64,000 nucleotides of DNA from Octopus bimaculoides (GCF_001194135.2 NC_068983.1:111880377-111944376), one strand, 5' to 3'; shown: positions 26,451 through 39,256, counted from the stretch's first letter. The notes: generated by a model not told the origin, from the letters alone. Translations and numbers: made by a program.

Positions 26451-26636
26451 TTCTTAAGAAATAATGTCATTTATGTGTTGTTTCTAGCATGTCGGGTTTT
26501 CTGATGGTGCTTTAATATATTTTACGTCTGCTATTTCAGTACAATTCTATGCATGCATGAAACATCAGATGAAAGTGAAACATAAGGTGTTTTTAGCTGT
26601 TTGAAAGCAGGTAGGTGATGGGTGGGCGAGGTAGCA

Positions 26637-27211
26637 GATTTTAAACTCATACACACACACACACACACACACACACATACTAGCAATGCATCCCGGTGTT
26701 GCCCGGGTGTTATGACCTATAGCCATATTGTATTATTTGTTCTTTTCTTATGGGCAGAATCAGCACAGCTGATAGACAGGGAACTGGATTAGTGGTGTAA
26801 TGAGTGCTTTTTAAAGAAAAATTAAGCTCTAAAAATATATATATTTCGCAGATTCATAATCTCTGCATTTTTCTACATGGATAAAAAAAAAAACTTTGTA
26901 AAAATGTTACAAATTAAGAAATTGCAGTGGGGAGAGGGGAAAACTAAAAGTTTGAAAACAGTTTCAGGGCAAAATTGTATTAACCTCTTTTTAGACGATG
27001 AAGCAATACATAGTTTGTGATTCTTCTTAAGAACAGAAACCCATACAAATTGTACCCTCCTGCTTCACTTTTAAACAAGCAATAACTTCCATTACACCAC
27101 TAATCCAGTTCCCTGTCTATCAGCTGTGCTGATTCTGCCCATAAGAAAAGAACAAATAATACAATATGGCTATAGGTCATAACACCCGGGCAACACCGGG
27201 ATGCATTGCTA

Positions 27212-27246
<35 letters not shown>

Positions 27247-27257
27247 AGTTTAAAATC
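26637..27257. repeat. Near-perfect inverted repeat (arms 26637-26802 and 27090-27257), each arm containing a Helitron-type 3' terminus
   Basis: Arms differ only by one CA unit. Each carries the hairpin CCCGGGCAACACCGGG followed by ATGCATTG-CTAG|T. Confidence 0.9.
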
Positions 27258-28498
27258 AAATTTTATTTCCATTATAAATCTTTGTTGTATATTTTTGCTC
27301 ATATATGATGGATGAAGTCCTCATAGTAAGTATATGCCTTTCTCACGTGCAAGTATTAGAAATGTCGATAAAATGTAACGGAGGGAATAATATATTTGTA
27401 AACGTTAGAAATCAGTAACTGATAGGAATGCATGGATATGAAGACCCTTTCATAGATAAGCAGTTTCAAGAGAAAAGTTGAAGCCGTTGATATTTGGCAT
27501 TTTTCATTTTGACTTCCAAAATTGAAACTAATCAATCAACTTGCATTCTACTACCCAAAACACGTATGGTTGAACAGTGGTGGTCTGAAAGAATTGTTTC
27601 ACTAATATCTCATTATGATTTTAAACTTCCATTTTTCTGATGTCCAGAAATGAGGTCAGAAAGGTTATACAGGACTGAAATGGTTGGAAAGAAAAGTTTG
27701 ACAGGTGAAACAAAAGCATCAAGGATGATAGCATAAAAACTCAATATATTTTGATTCATTGCTTTATGTAAAACATTAGGGAATATAATCGAAATAATCA
27801 GGCTGACAGACAGTGACAGCATCATCGTTGTTGATAGATAATGTAATAACCTCTACAAACACTACATATACCTTGTAAATAAAATGAACGGCTAAGTTTC
27901 AGGATTTGACTCTACAAAATTTTTACTAACAGTTCAGGATCGTTCAAGCCATTGAGTAGCCTATGTTATGGGTCTCACATTTTCAGGACCAGCAATAAAC
28001 ACTTTATTGTTATTGTTCTTATAGTTCTAATATACCTCTAACATTTACGAATGACTGAATATTTAAAGTTGATCCAATACTTGGAATAATTTCGAGATCC
28101 AATACACACTAAATTAAATGCTTGCAAACTATCAATTCCAATTCAGTGATTTACCACATGCTCTATTACTATAGTTCAATACTTAATTAATAGACTTGCC
28201 ATTCTGTTTCTCTGTTTAGATGCAGTGCATTAATCTTGCCATACAATAATTGAACTTAATTATTATTTTACTCATAAATAAGGTCGGTTGAACAAATCAG
28301 GTTATTGCTATTATATTATAGTCACCGCAATACTAACATACTTCATTAAATCAAAGAGGGATAAGAAACAAACTGGTAAGAAGTATTTTATTGCATACAG
28401 TTTCAACTATCACTTGTCTTCTTAAGCAAAACTACAGTACAAATAACAAGTTTAAATCAATACTCATATTTCACTGTTAGAACCATAACAATTTGCAT

Positions 28499-28543
<45 letters not shown>

Positions 28544-28545
28544 GT
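28499..28545. repeat. (GATA)n microsatellite
   Basis: Directly visible. Confidence 0.95.
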
Positions 28546-28586
28546 ATATAGATAGATTAACACACATTTGTACATATATGCATGTA

Positions 28587-28790
28587 TCAGCAGCAGCATC
28601 CTTTAATGTCCATTTTCCATGCTAGCATGGGTTGAATGGCTTGACTAGAGCTGACAAACCAGAGAGCTGTACCAGGTTCCAGTCTGATTTGGCTTGGTTT
28701 CTACGGGTGGATGCCTTTTCTAATGTCAACCACTTTACAATGTGTATGGTGGGTGCTTTTAACGTGGAACTGGCACAATCCAACACCATC
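28587..28790 (-). mobile_element. RTE-type 3' tail, minus strand
   Basis: Reverse complement of the ...CAGACTGGAACC...CATGCTAGCATGGAAAATGGACATTAAA tail. Confidence 0.75.
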
Positions 28791-29054
28791 ATATATATAN
28801 NNNNNNNNNNNNNNNNNNNNNNNNNNNNNNNNNNNNNNNNNNNNNNNNNNNNNNNNNNNNNNNNNNNNNNNNNNNNNNNNNNNNNNNNNNNNNNNNNNNN
28901 NNNNNNNNNNNNNNNNNNNNNNNNNNNNNNNNNNNNNNNNNNNNNNNNNNNNNNNNNNNNNNNNNNNNNNNNNNNNNNNNNNNNNNNNNCGAGACCTTTC
29001 AAAATATGCTGTGCATGAGAAGACCTGGCAAGCCAAGTGAGACCATAATCAGTG

Positions 29055-29743
29055 GCCTCTGCCAGGGGTGTAGCCAGCCCACTTATGTATACCTTTCCTT
29101 CATTGGACATTAAACTCTGCTTGCGAAGACCTATTGAGGCAAGTGAAATCAAAATCGAACCAAATTCGACGACTGGTACCCATGCCAACCTCTCCTTCAT
29201 AAGACACTAAACTCTGCTTGCGAAGACCTGTTGGGGCAAGTGAAATCGAAATCGTAATTGAACCAAATTCGATGACTGGTACCTGTGCCAGTGGAGTGCT
29301 AACAGTACCATTCAAGCATGATCATTGCTAGAGCAGTTGTCTGGCTTCCGGTGCCAGTGGCATGTAAATAGTACTATTTGAGTGTGATCGTTACCAGCGT
29401 CACCTTACTGGCACTTGTGCTGGTAGCACGGGAAAAAAACGTTCGAGTGAGGTCGTTGCTGGTGCCGCTGGACTGGCTCCTGTGCAGGTGGCATGTAAAA
29501 TACACCATTTCGAGCGTGGCCGTTGCAAGTACCACCTGACTAGCCTTTGTGCCAGTGGCACGCAAAAGCACCCACTACATTCTTGGGGTGGTTAGCATTA
29601 GGAAGGGCATCCAGCTGTAGAAACTCTGCCAAATCAGATTGGAGCCTGGTGTAGCCACCTGGTTCCCCAGTCCTCAGTCAAATCGTCCAGCCCATGCTAG
29701 CATGGAAAGTGGACGTTAAACAATGATGATGATGATGATGATG
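29055..29743 (+). mobile_element. RTE-type 3' end, longest copy in the window
   Basis: Two about 95-100-bp A units, about five about 65-bp B units and a GGAAGGGCATCC...(GAT)n tail. Confidence 0.8.
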
Positions 29744-29779
29744 AATTCAAAGGTTGCATCCAATTATTAATCATGAATT

Positions 29780-31985
29780 TCAAAACCTCATCACAATGCC
29801 ACTATGTTCTCTGAATTGGAAAGAACTGAAGAGAGGAATAAGTAAAGGCACGTCAGTGTCACAGCAAAAACATCAACTATTTTTTTCAGGAAAACTGGTG
29901 GATAAGAAGTTTTAACAATTGCTCAATCAAATAAAGTGTCTACTGAGTGACAATTTCAAAAAGTTTTCCATAGCTCATCTTCTGTATTAGCACCCAAGCT
30001 ATTTTAGCATCTACAAAGAGCCACAAAAATGTTGATCAACTGACAGAATTAGCTGATAAAATGGTTAAAATATTACGGTCAGTATTTTCTGGGGAAAATA
30101 TTGCATTTGCTGCACATTCTACAATCATTACAGTTCTACATTCTTGGATTGAACAGCGATTGTTTTGAATACAAGTGCTTACAACTACAGTAATTTCACA
30201 TAATGCACTGTATAACTGGATTTTCTAATCAATCCAGAAATTTTTCACGTACATGTCTTTACATCTTTGGTGCTTCTCAATGAGTAGAATGTAAATGTTG
30301 GTAGATGTAACCTTTCCAGCATCAATGCTCACCATTGTGTCCATTATTATTCCTTTCAACACATGTCCTTCTTTTCTCAGCAGCAAAATGGCATATATAG
30401 GGTTACATCATTTTAACTTTCCTCGAACATATTGATAAAGAAGGAATTGGGTCATTCACAATGAGAAAGTGAAATCAATTCTGACGATTTCTGGTCCAAC
30501 AACATGGAAGATTCACTACTTCAACTTCATGTCTCAGTACATTGCTGACAATTGAAATATCAACAGAAGTGATAAAATCCCCTCTGATATTCTTTCCTGC
30601 ATTTTTAAGAAGCCAATTCACATTACTGCTGGTAATTCATCATAAGGTAATCCAGTTTACTCTTGAAAGTCAACTGACTGCAGCTGACCAGAATCAAAAT
30701 CAAGAAGTTTTAAATCTACACAAATCCTCATTTTCTTTATCATTCATCATGTGCTTCTTCTTTCATAAATCGTCTCATCTAATGCTAACTCCATACTGAA
30801 AATGATATCAGTTCACTTCGTCTGGACTGACATTGACAGAGACACTAGTAAATAAATTAGGCATTGTGTTGCTTGTCAGACAGCTTAAGTCCATAGACAT
30901 GTTAAATCACTATTTGGTATCTTCACAACACCTGAGTAATGTTTCCAGCTCATCTACATTGCCATCATTGGACCACTGCCTCTTTTCACAAGTATATACA
31001 CTTATTATTTACATTGATCTAGTTACCAGTTGACCTGAAGCCATTCTGTTGGCTAATACCAGAGCAGAAACAACTACCAAGCCCCTAATTAAACATTAGA
31101 TTGAACCATTCAGCATGCTTTCAGTCACAATAGATTGAAAACGTTGGTTTGTATCCAACCTTTTCAATGAGCTTGTAGGAAATTGGTTATACAACATTAG
31201 GTGTACACCCAATTTCCTATATTAAATTAGGAACAAACGGAACGCAGAACTCCAAACTATCAACTCAACAATATTTATTTATGGTGGAAAATATACAGCT
31301 TTACTCTTGGTTGTTGAGACGCCTTCTGTGTGTGAGAACATGGTTGTTGGGACGTTGGTATGTTGATGTGAGCTGTCTAGCGTGAGTTCGAAAGATAGAG
31401 AGAGACAGCTAGACACGTCCTTGCTCAATCGCTGGCCAGCAAGAAAGAGACAGAATAAAGCGGGAAACGCTTGGATGTTGAATTCCACGCATGCGTGAGA
31501 CTACGCTGATACATCTGATTTGCAAAGAGGCATCCAAAACTGCTTACAGGCATGTTGCCAGTAACATGATTGAGAGATTTCATCAGCAGTTGAAATCTAT
31601 TCTCAAAGCATGCATTCATAAAAGTACTTGTTCTTCTGGATATTCCATGATTAGGGACGAAATTGGTTGAATATCAACTGAATTTATGTGAGGTGATACT
31701 TTAGCATTAACTTGTCAAGTAGTTACGGTTGTCCTTTCTGTGGATATTCTGGATTTTGCAATCTATGTTCATTGATTTTGAACTTATATCTTCAGCACTC
31801 CTCGGTGACGCATATCAACAAACATTTGGCAGTGCTTACATGATTTTCCATGCAATTCAAAAAGCTACATCAATCACCATATTCTGTTCTGTATAAAGTG
31901 CTTCAGACATCTCCCAACTACTTCATTGTTGGCGTAAAAGGAGATTAAATGTCTATCAGAATAGATTAACTGGAAAGCAATCAAA
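29780..31985 (+). mobile_element. Decayed Ty3/Gypsy gag-pol relic, interrupted by a solo LTR
   Basis: Gag-like DQLTELADKM. Integrase motifs IGPLP...ID..TS*PEAIL, MIERFHQQLKSILKA and LQSPY..YKVL...DRL, in Gypsy order. Confidence 0.75.
31202..31513 (-). mobile_element. 312-bp solo LTR
   Basis: TGTA...TACA termini, AATAAA near the 3' end on the minus strand, CpGs retained relative to the host element. No TSD seen (TTAGG vs TCTGA). Confidence 0.6.
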
Positions 31986-32445
31986 AATATGAACTAATAT
32001 CTCACCAAGGCAGTTCTTCTCCAACATTGTAACCTTCTTTCTGTACATCTAACTCTTTATTTGCAGTTGTGAAAACATGGGATTCAATATGACCTCAATC
32101 CAGTTCAAAACTACTACTTCTTCCTACTAACATGATTGCCTGTCCGTTTTTTTTTTTGTTTTTGTTTTTTGCACCTGGTTAAAACTCTGTTCTAAATACC
32201 TGTAAACTGGCCTAAATGATACCTACGACACCTTGGTTTATAACAAATCTACTGCATTAATAAAGAATATTTTACACTCACATGTACATTATTCATGCTG
32301 TTATTCCCTAAACAGTCGAGTTTGACTTATCATCGAGAAAAGGAAACAACGTATCCTATTTCTTATGTTATCTTCTTCCCTTACTAAGTCGTATTCTATT
32401 TTCTTCATTTATCATTCTTTTTCTATCTTCCTTATTTACCAACAC

Positions 32446-32509
<64 letters not shown>

Positions 32510-32554
32510 TACACACACACACACACACATACATACATGCAGACCAATATGCAC

Positions 32555-33170
32555 GCAGGCGCAGGAGTGGCTGTGTGGTAAGTAGCTTGCTTACCAACCA
32601 CATGGTTCTGGGTTCAGTCCCACTGCATGGCACCTTNNNNNNNNNNNNNNNNNNNNNNNNNNNNNNNNNNNNNNNNNNNNNNNNNNNNNNNNNNNNNNNN
32701 NNNNNNNNNNNNNNNNNNNNNNNNNNNNNNNNNNNNNNNNNNNNNNNNNNNNNNNNNNNNNNNNNNNNNNNNNNNNNNNNNNNNNNNNNNNNNNNNNNNN
32801 NNNNNNNNNNNNNNNNNNNNNNNNNNNNNNNNNNNNNNNNNNNNNNNNNNNNNNNNNNNNNNNNNNNNNNNNNNNNNNNNNNNNNNNNNNNNNNNNNNNN
32901 NNNNNNNNNNNNNNNNNNNNNNNNNNNNNNNNNNNNNNNNNNNNNNNNNNNNTGTGTGTGTGTGTGTGTGTGTATGTGTTTGTCCTCCCAACATCGCTCG
33001 ACAACCGATGCTGGTGTGTTTACGTCCCCGTAACCTAGCGGTTCGGCAAAAGAGACCGATAGAATAAGTACTAGGCTTCCAAAGAATAAGTCCTGGGGTC
33101 GATTTGCTCGACTAAAGGCGATGCTCCAGCATGGCCGCCGTCAAGTGACTAAAACAAGTAAAAGAGTATA
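32555..33170 (+). mobile_element. tRNA-derived SINE with internal (TG)n (abundant family); gap inside
   Basis: Head GGCTGTGTGGTAAGTAGC...GGTTCAGTCCCACTG. 3' body GAATAAGTACTAGG...GGGGTCGATTTGCTCGACTAAAGGCG.TGCTCCAGCATGGCC. Confidence 0.8.
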
Positions 33171-34021
33171 TGTATAGATACAAGATTTGTGTTGGTCAGT
33201 CACAAGTCTTTCAGTGCACCCTTTAATTGTATTGTGACTTCATTATCACAGACATGATTTTGGCACAGATCAGAATGTTCTTTGTTACAAAGAACTGGTA
33301 TATTGCATGACAATGTTTTTATTGACTATTTTCAGCCAGTCACATTGTTTTCTTTTGGTGCATTTACTGTTCGATGAACAAGTCCTCAGGGTCCCATCTT
33401 TCCAATATGAAGAGCTGTTTACTTAATACTTAGCAGACCCAAAAGGAACAGCTACAGGGTTCTACATTTATTCCAGAAGTGTCAAACTATCACTCACATG
33501 CTGAAATGCATGTACTTATATATTCCACACACACACACACACACACATATGCATTCACATCAAAAATTTAACTTTTGTTGTCTTGATGGTATGCATGTGA
33601 GGCTATGTGTGAGTGATATAACAACTTTGCAGCACTCATAAATAGTGATTACAAAAGCTCTGTAATGAGGCTTGCCAAGACAGGAGAAAATATACACATT
33701 AAATTCATAACAGATAAATTTAATGATATATCTAGGTTGAGCAGAAGTTGTTAAAATGGCTATGATAATGACAAGAGAATGTGTGAGCACTGGACCGCAC
33801 ATTGCCACACACTGAAAGTTAGCGCTAAAAGCAAGCCTTTTATAACCCTTGCACTACGATATTCCAAGGGGATCAAGAATGATCTATCATGTGAAGTCTG
33901 GTTGCTGATTGGTCAATAACTCGACCTCTCAAGTGAACAAGGTTGTGCTATGAATTCTTAAACTGCGCTATTTGTTGACTTGGCTTCGAGCCTACTACAC
34001 TTTTATTATGTGATCTTGAGG

Positions 34022-34123
34022 CAGGGTTGTCAATATCAAAGTTTAAAAAGCACTATTTCGAGAGGTAAAAGGTACTAAAAAGCATTAAATAAAATTCAAA
34101 GTCCCAAAAAAGAAAAGCACCTA

Positions 34124-34161
<38 letters not shown>

Positions 34162-36115
34162 AAATTCACCATAAATTGATGTAAAGCTCAAAAGATTTAC
34201 ATTAAAATTTTCAGTCCCAATTAAATTAAAATGAAATAACATAACTACCTTTTATTTTTACTCCAGAATATTTTGGAAAATTTCCTGATCAATTTTGATG
34301 TACAGCTGCACTTTCACACGATTTATAAACTTCCATGAATTCAATTTTCTTTAACAGTTCACTAGGTAGTTTATAATCATAACAACATTTACCATTGGTT
34401 TAAGTCCATATTTGGTATTCAAGATTTCTCTTAGCATTTCTATGCTTAATGAGTTACACTCATTTGATTTCATAAAACCAGTATGGCTAAACATTCTCTC
34501 CATATCAGCATATGGATGTGGTAAAATGAAGTGTCAAAACTAACTTGAAATTCCATTGAAAGTAAATTTTTGTCAAAATCTTTGAATCCATGGTAAAATG
34601 CTTTGCAAGGTCTATAATTCCAGGTTTTTATTGGTTTAATCCAATCTGTTACACTAAAATAACTTGTTGATTATGAAAAACGGAAGTTTTCTGGAAGATA
34701 TTGTTAACTATCCATAATGTCTTCAACAAATTTTATGCATCAGTCCCTTATCTTATTTTTTTCTTGCTCAGTAAATTTATACAGGGATTTCCTTCTCAAA
34801 TTGATAATTAAGATACGATTTCCAACCTAAATAATCCTACACTGAATCATTTAGTTTTTTCTTTAGCATTATATTTATTTAACTGAATGTATCAATAAGA
34901 TGCTGAAGATCATTCAATAATTTAGTGAGATCTTGTGTTCTACTTCAAGTTTTTTATTAACTGTCTGAAATCCAGGAACGAATTGCTTTTAAAAAGTAGA
35001 AAACAATATTCCTTGACATAGTACATGAAATATAGGACTTTTAGCTGCATCTGAATGGTCTTAATTCCTTGTAATTTAGGGAGCTCCTCCTCCACCACAG
35101 ATGCATCCACTACTCAAAAATAAATTTCTAAATCAAAGCCGCCATTTACCAAAATGTTATATAAACGAAAGTGCAATTATATCCAAACTAAAATCAGTAC
35201 CCACCTAATCAATGAAGATGAAAGAGCCTGTTCTATTAACTGGAGCACGAATTTAATGTGAGAGGAGCGGAGATTGGAATTTAGGGAACAGCAGGCACAG
35301 TCATTTAAGGGAGGAAAAAGAATGTCTAATATGAAAAATTAAAACTGGAAATTGGAAATTATGAGTTAGACATTGGAAATTAAAATTTGAAAATTGAGAG
35401 CAAAAAATTAGACATTGATAATTGGAAATTTAAATTTAAAATAATTAAAATAATACATCAAAATAACAATATAATAACAAGAATGTTGTTATACCCTGCT
35501 ACCTAACAATGATCTCAAATTGATTGTGAAAGTTATATTTTATAGCTTTTATTGTTGACCCCTATATATGTTAACTCATTAAATTCATTCTTTTTTTTCT
35601 TTTTATTCCACACTCTTAGTAATGTGGGCTGAATGGCCAAGTAGTGCTCTGCAGAAGCAAGCCTGAAAGTCTGCATGGTACACGGCATTTAAACTTGTTT
35701 ATAATAAAGAAATTAAAAGTATTTGGAAAAAAAGAAAAAAGAAAAAGAAAGCATTTCTAAAAGCGAAATATTTCTGTGTTTAGTGGTATTCGCCCACCAA
35801 ACATTTCAAATTGATAGCAATTTTCAAGTGTTTCCATTCTCGGCTAAAATTCTGTAGAAATACAGAAATTTGTACCATAGTGTTTCTTATAAAGGCAAAT
35901 ACTGAGCATGTAGCCAAATTTGTATACATCCTGGATTTTGAACAGAAAATTTCAAATCAAATTCTGATTCATTTTAATGGAAAAGCTCAAATTGAAGCAC
36001 TAAATTGTTATAAAAAGCAATAAAATAATGTGGGCTTGTAACTCAAAGGATTGTCGCTCTGAAAATAGTAAAAAGACACTAAATTTAGTGCAGAAGCACT
36101 AAATTGGAGACCCTG
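34022..36115 (-). mobile_element. Decayed hAT-like transposon, about 2.1 kb
   Basis: Termini CAGGGTTGTCAAT / ATTGGAGACCCTG with subterminal GCACTAAA repeats. Minus strand ILPHPYADMERMFSHTGFMKSNECNSLSIEML near 34350-34530 resembles the hAT dimerisation motif LPxSNAxxERxFS. An 8-bp TSD is not evident. Confidence 0.6.
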
Positions 36116-36344
36116 CTGCCCCACCCCACACAAGTGTAATTCAATAATATTTACAAGGTCTACTTTAAAGGAAGGAATATAAAAAGAAAAGCGTAATTAA
36201 AGAGATTTTTTTGATGACCACGTAAGCAGGCATCAGGATTTATATATTTGCATACAAATGTATCCATAAACACAATTTTCTAGCTGAATGAGCTTGAGGC
36301 CTTGTAATAAGACTGGACCTTTGAATTATGCATATGATCCAGAG

Positions 36345-36536
36345 AAAGAGAAGAATCAATCAAGAACTAAACCCCAGAACTTTATTTATCAACTTAAAGA
36401 GCATGAAAAGCAAATTTACCCATGGTGGTATTTGAACTCAGAGAGCAGAGAACCAGAATGACTACATCAAGGCTGACATTTTAATGACACTACTACTTCA
36501 TCACTTTCATAATATGATATAAACAGCTTGGGGAAA
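36345..36536 (-). mobile_element. Old Nin/Deu-domain SINE fragment; 36396-36536 duplicated at 37567-37707
   Basis: Reverse complement reads TGAGTTCAAATACCACCATGGGTAAATTTGCTTTTCATGCTC, similar to the 39022 SINE. Confidence 0.55.
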
Positions 36537-37239
36537 ATATTTAAAAATTAATCTATCTCTGACTTATCGTTATAGAATTTTCATATAGCCCTGGCATCCA
36601 TCCTATAATTTGGTGCAGAGGTGGATGCTTACAATCTGGGGTCAATCTCCTGATTTGCTTATAATGCATATTATTCTATCATGATAATTTTCATTGTCAA
36701 TAACTACTGACAACAGAAATGTTAGTTTGTGTTGTTGAGGGTAAAATTTCACAGTTTCCTCCCAGTATTTTCGACATCCTCAGTGAGAAACTTTCAAATT
36801 CGTCATTGGAACAGGATGACGTAAATGGATTAGTGTGCAGTATTTTCAGAAAACTGTGAATGTAGGAAAAAAAGATTTCAGTAACTAATTATTTTATAGT
36901 GAAAAGTTAAGTCAAATGTTACTACTATCAAGTTTTAATCAGCCCACTATAAAGAACATACATGACAGCCAAATAGACAAACCAATAAAATAAAATTATA
37001 TTAGGGTACAATCACGAAATATTGCATGATTTGATTGTCAGTAGGCATTTTTCTCTATTATCTAGACGTATCAGCATTTTAATTTCTAATTATCACGAGA
37101 TTTGTCAAGATGAGAGCTTAAAGGCAGGAAATGAGCAAACATAAAAACAAAAATAAAATAATGAACATAGAGTGACTATTTATTATATATTTCTTGCGAT
37201 TTAGCTGATAAATCACAATGGTAAAAAGTATCTATAATA

Positions 37240-37390
37240 TTGAAGGAACAAGGAGAGTTTGACTGAACATGATCTGTCGAGGAATTGCCTACTATATGAT
37301 TGCTATTCTGAGATCAAATTCCACTGAGTCAGTTTTGCTTTTCACTCTTCTGTGATAGATTAAAGGATAGTACCTGTTGATTCTTATAAT
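37240..37390 (+). mobile_element. Old Nin/Deu-domain SINE fragment
   Basis: TTCTGAGATCAAATTCCACTGAGTCAGTTTTGCTTTTCACTCTT...TAGTACC. Confidence 0.5.
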
Positions 37391-38039
37391 TGATTTATAT
37401 TTTTATGATGCATCTCAGATGTGAAAGGAGTTATAATAGAAGACAACAGACTGGATCTTTTTAATTTTCTTCTCACCATCAGAATTTTTCAAATTTTTAA
37501 CATTGATGTAACTTAACATACTTGATGACAAAAAATCCCTTAGCATACTCGATGACAAAAATCCCAAAAGAGCATGAAAAGCAAATTTACCCATGGTGGT
37601 ATTTGAACTCAGAGAGCAGAGAACCAGAATGACAACATGAAGGCTGACATTTTAATGACTCTGCTACTTCATCACTTTCATAATATGGTATAAACAGTTT
37701 GGGGAAATTAAAAGCAAAACAAGGTTAAAAGCTTTTTGAAGTTATGTAATTTTAGCCTCTATTTCTGACATACAGGAATTCGCAATTATCTGCTTCTCAT
37801 TTGAAGGAAAGGCAACACTCATGACCTTTTTTAGGGAGCACTGTGGTAATAATGGAAAAGGAAGAAGAAACCACAACACATAAGATGCTGCTATAGGATG
37901 TAGTATATCGAGATAGTATTTTATCCTCTGACTGAGGGTCTGATCTGAATGACTACATCAAAGTAGACTGCACTAAAAGCACCAAATAGCCAGGTGGTCA
38001 TTGACAGGGTGATAGATTATGTCAACCACTATAAAACAG

Positions 38040-38400
38040 GCTCAATCTATCTGATGGGCTTATGCATTATTTTCATGCACCAAATTTTTCCTACCAAACT
38101 TGGAATAACTTGAAGTGAGATTTAAAATTTTAACAGCAGACCAGATGATGATTTAAAAATGACAGACAATTCTTATTTTCTTTGGAATCATCATCATTGT
38201 TAAATTAATCTTATTGTTAAAGAGAATTAAGAGATGTCTTAATGCGGGCTCAATGTCACAACCTCCTGCCACAATAAGAGGCAAATTCATGGGAAACCAA
38301 ATTCCAGACTTTTTATAAGCTTGCAAAAACAGCTTTGCAAATATTCTCAATTTTAGGTGAGAAAATGAAAAACTTATTTTTGACTGACAACGCCTAACAA
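38040..38400 (-). mobile_element. Possible Helentron/Helitron-associated AP endonuclease C-terminal relic
   Basis: ORF 38153-38350 PLIVAGGCDI resembles PxIxxGDFNI; downstream HKPI resembles SDHKPI. Confidence 0.35.
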
Positions 38401-38489
38401 AAATGGATCCAAAAAACGATGGCTATAAAAGGTGTCAACAGGTGTTTTAATAGAGTTCAGGGATGTAGTGTTGCTAGCTCTGCCAGCAA

Positions 38490-38660
38490 TTTTGAGGAAG
38501 GGGTACAATGATACCATCATCCATAGTACTTGAATGGTACATTAATTTAATGACCCAGACAAAATGAAAAGCAAAGTTAACCACTATTGAGTTTAACTCA
38601 GAGCATAAAGAGCCAAAACAGATAATGCAAAGTATTTTTTGCGACACTCTAATGGTTCAT
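38490..38660 (-). mobile_element. Old Nin/Deu-domain SINE fragment
   Basis: Reverse complement has TCTGAGTTAAACTC...TTTGCTTTTCATTTTGTCTGGGTCATTAAATTAATGTACC. Confidence 0.5.
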
Positions 38661-39021
38661 CCAGTGGACCACTTAATTGACTAGAAATAAATTTAGGTAC
38701 AAAGTAACTAAAATATCTCTCCAAGAAAGGGAAAAATAAAGCAATATCTACTATAAGTTCAAATAATTACCAAAATCAAGTAGACAGTTTGACTCTGGTC
38801 TTTAAATAGGTATTACCGATCAGTGTCATACCAACACAAGTGTACCCTGCTGATCTTGTTACCTCATAACTTCCAGAAAATGAATATTTTTGATGAAATT
38901 TTTGATAAAAAGGCTCCAGATGGTATGGATTCCAGTTATATCGGAATTTGTTGTGAAAAAATTTTCCAAGGGAAAATTCACATGAGTATATTTGTGTATT
39001 TATGCCCAGTCAGTAACCACT

Positions 39022-39256
39022 TAAAGGCGGTGAGCTGGCAGAAACGTTAGCATGCCGGGCAAAATGCTCAGCAGCATTTCGTCTGTCTTTACGTTCTGAG
39101 TTCAAATTCCACCGAGGTCGACTTTGCCTTTCATCCTTTCGGTGTTGATAAATTAAGTACTAGTTACGCACTGCGGTTGATGTAATCGACTTAATCCCTT
39201 TGTCTGTCCTTGTTTGTCCCCTCTATGTTTAGCCCCTTGTGGGCAATAAAGAAATA
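39022..39256 (+). mobile_element. Full-length tRNA-derived Nin/Deu-domain SINE with TSD
   Basis: AGGCGGTGAGCTGGCAGAA...GAGTTCAAATTCC head and GACTTTGCCTTTCATCCTTTCGG...GATAAATTAAGTAC domain. Direct repeat AGTAACCACT at 39012-39021 and 39257-39266. Confidence 0.85.

Noticed and set aside
27613-27825. Hydrophobic 70-aa ORF vaguely like an ABC-2 permease segment
   Set aside because: Short and isolated, with no continuation or splice support; resemblance is too weak.
32310-32345. Hammerhead-like CTCGATGA...AAAACTCGA on the minus strand
   Set aside because: Both core boxes are altered and there is no NUH triplet or stem II.
34088-34159. AATAAA plus A33 as a processed-pseudogene or transcript end
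   Set aside because: No upstream ORF or TSD, and it lies within an A-rich hAT subterminal region.
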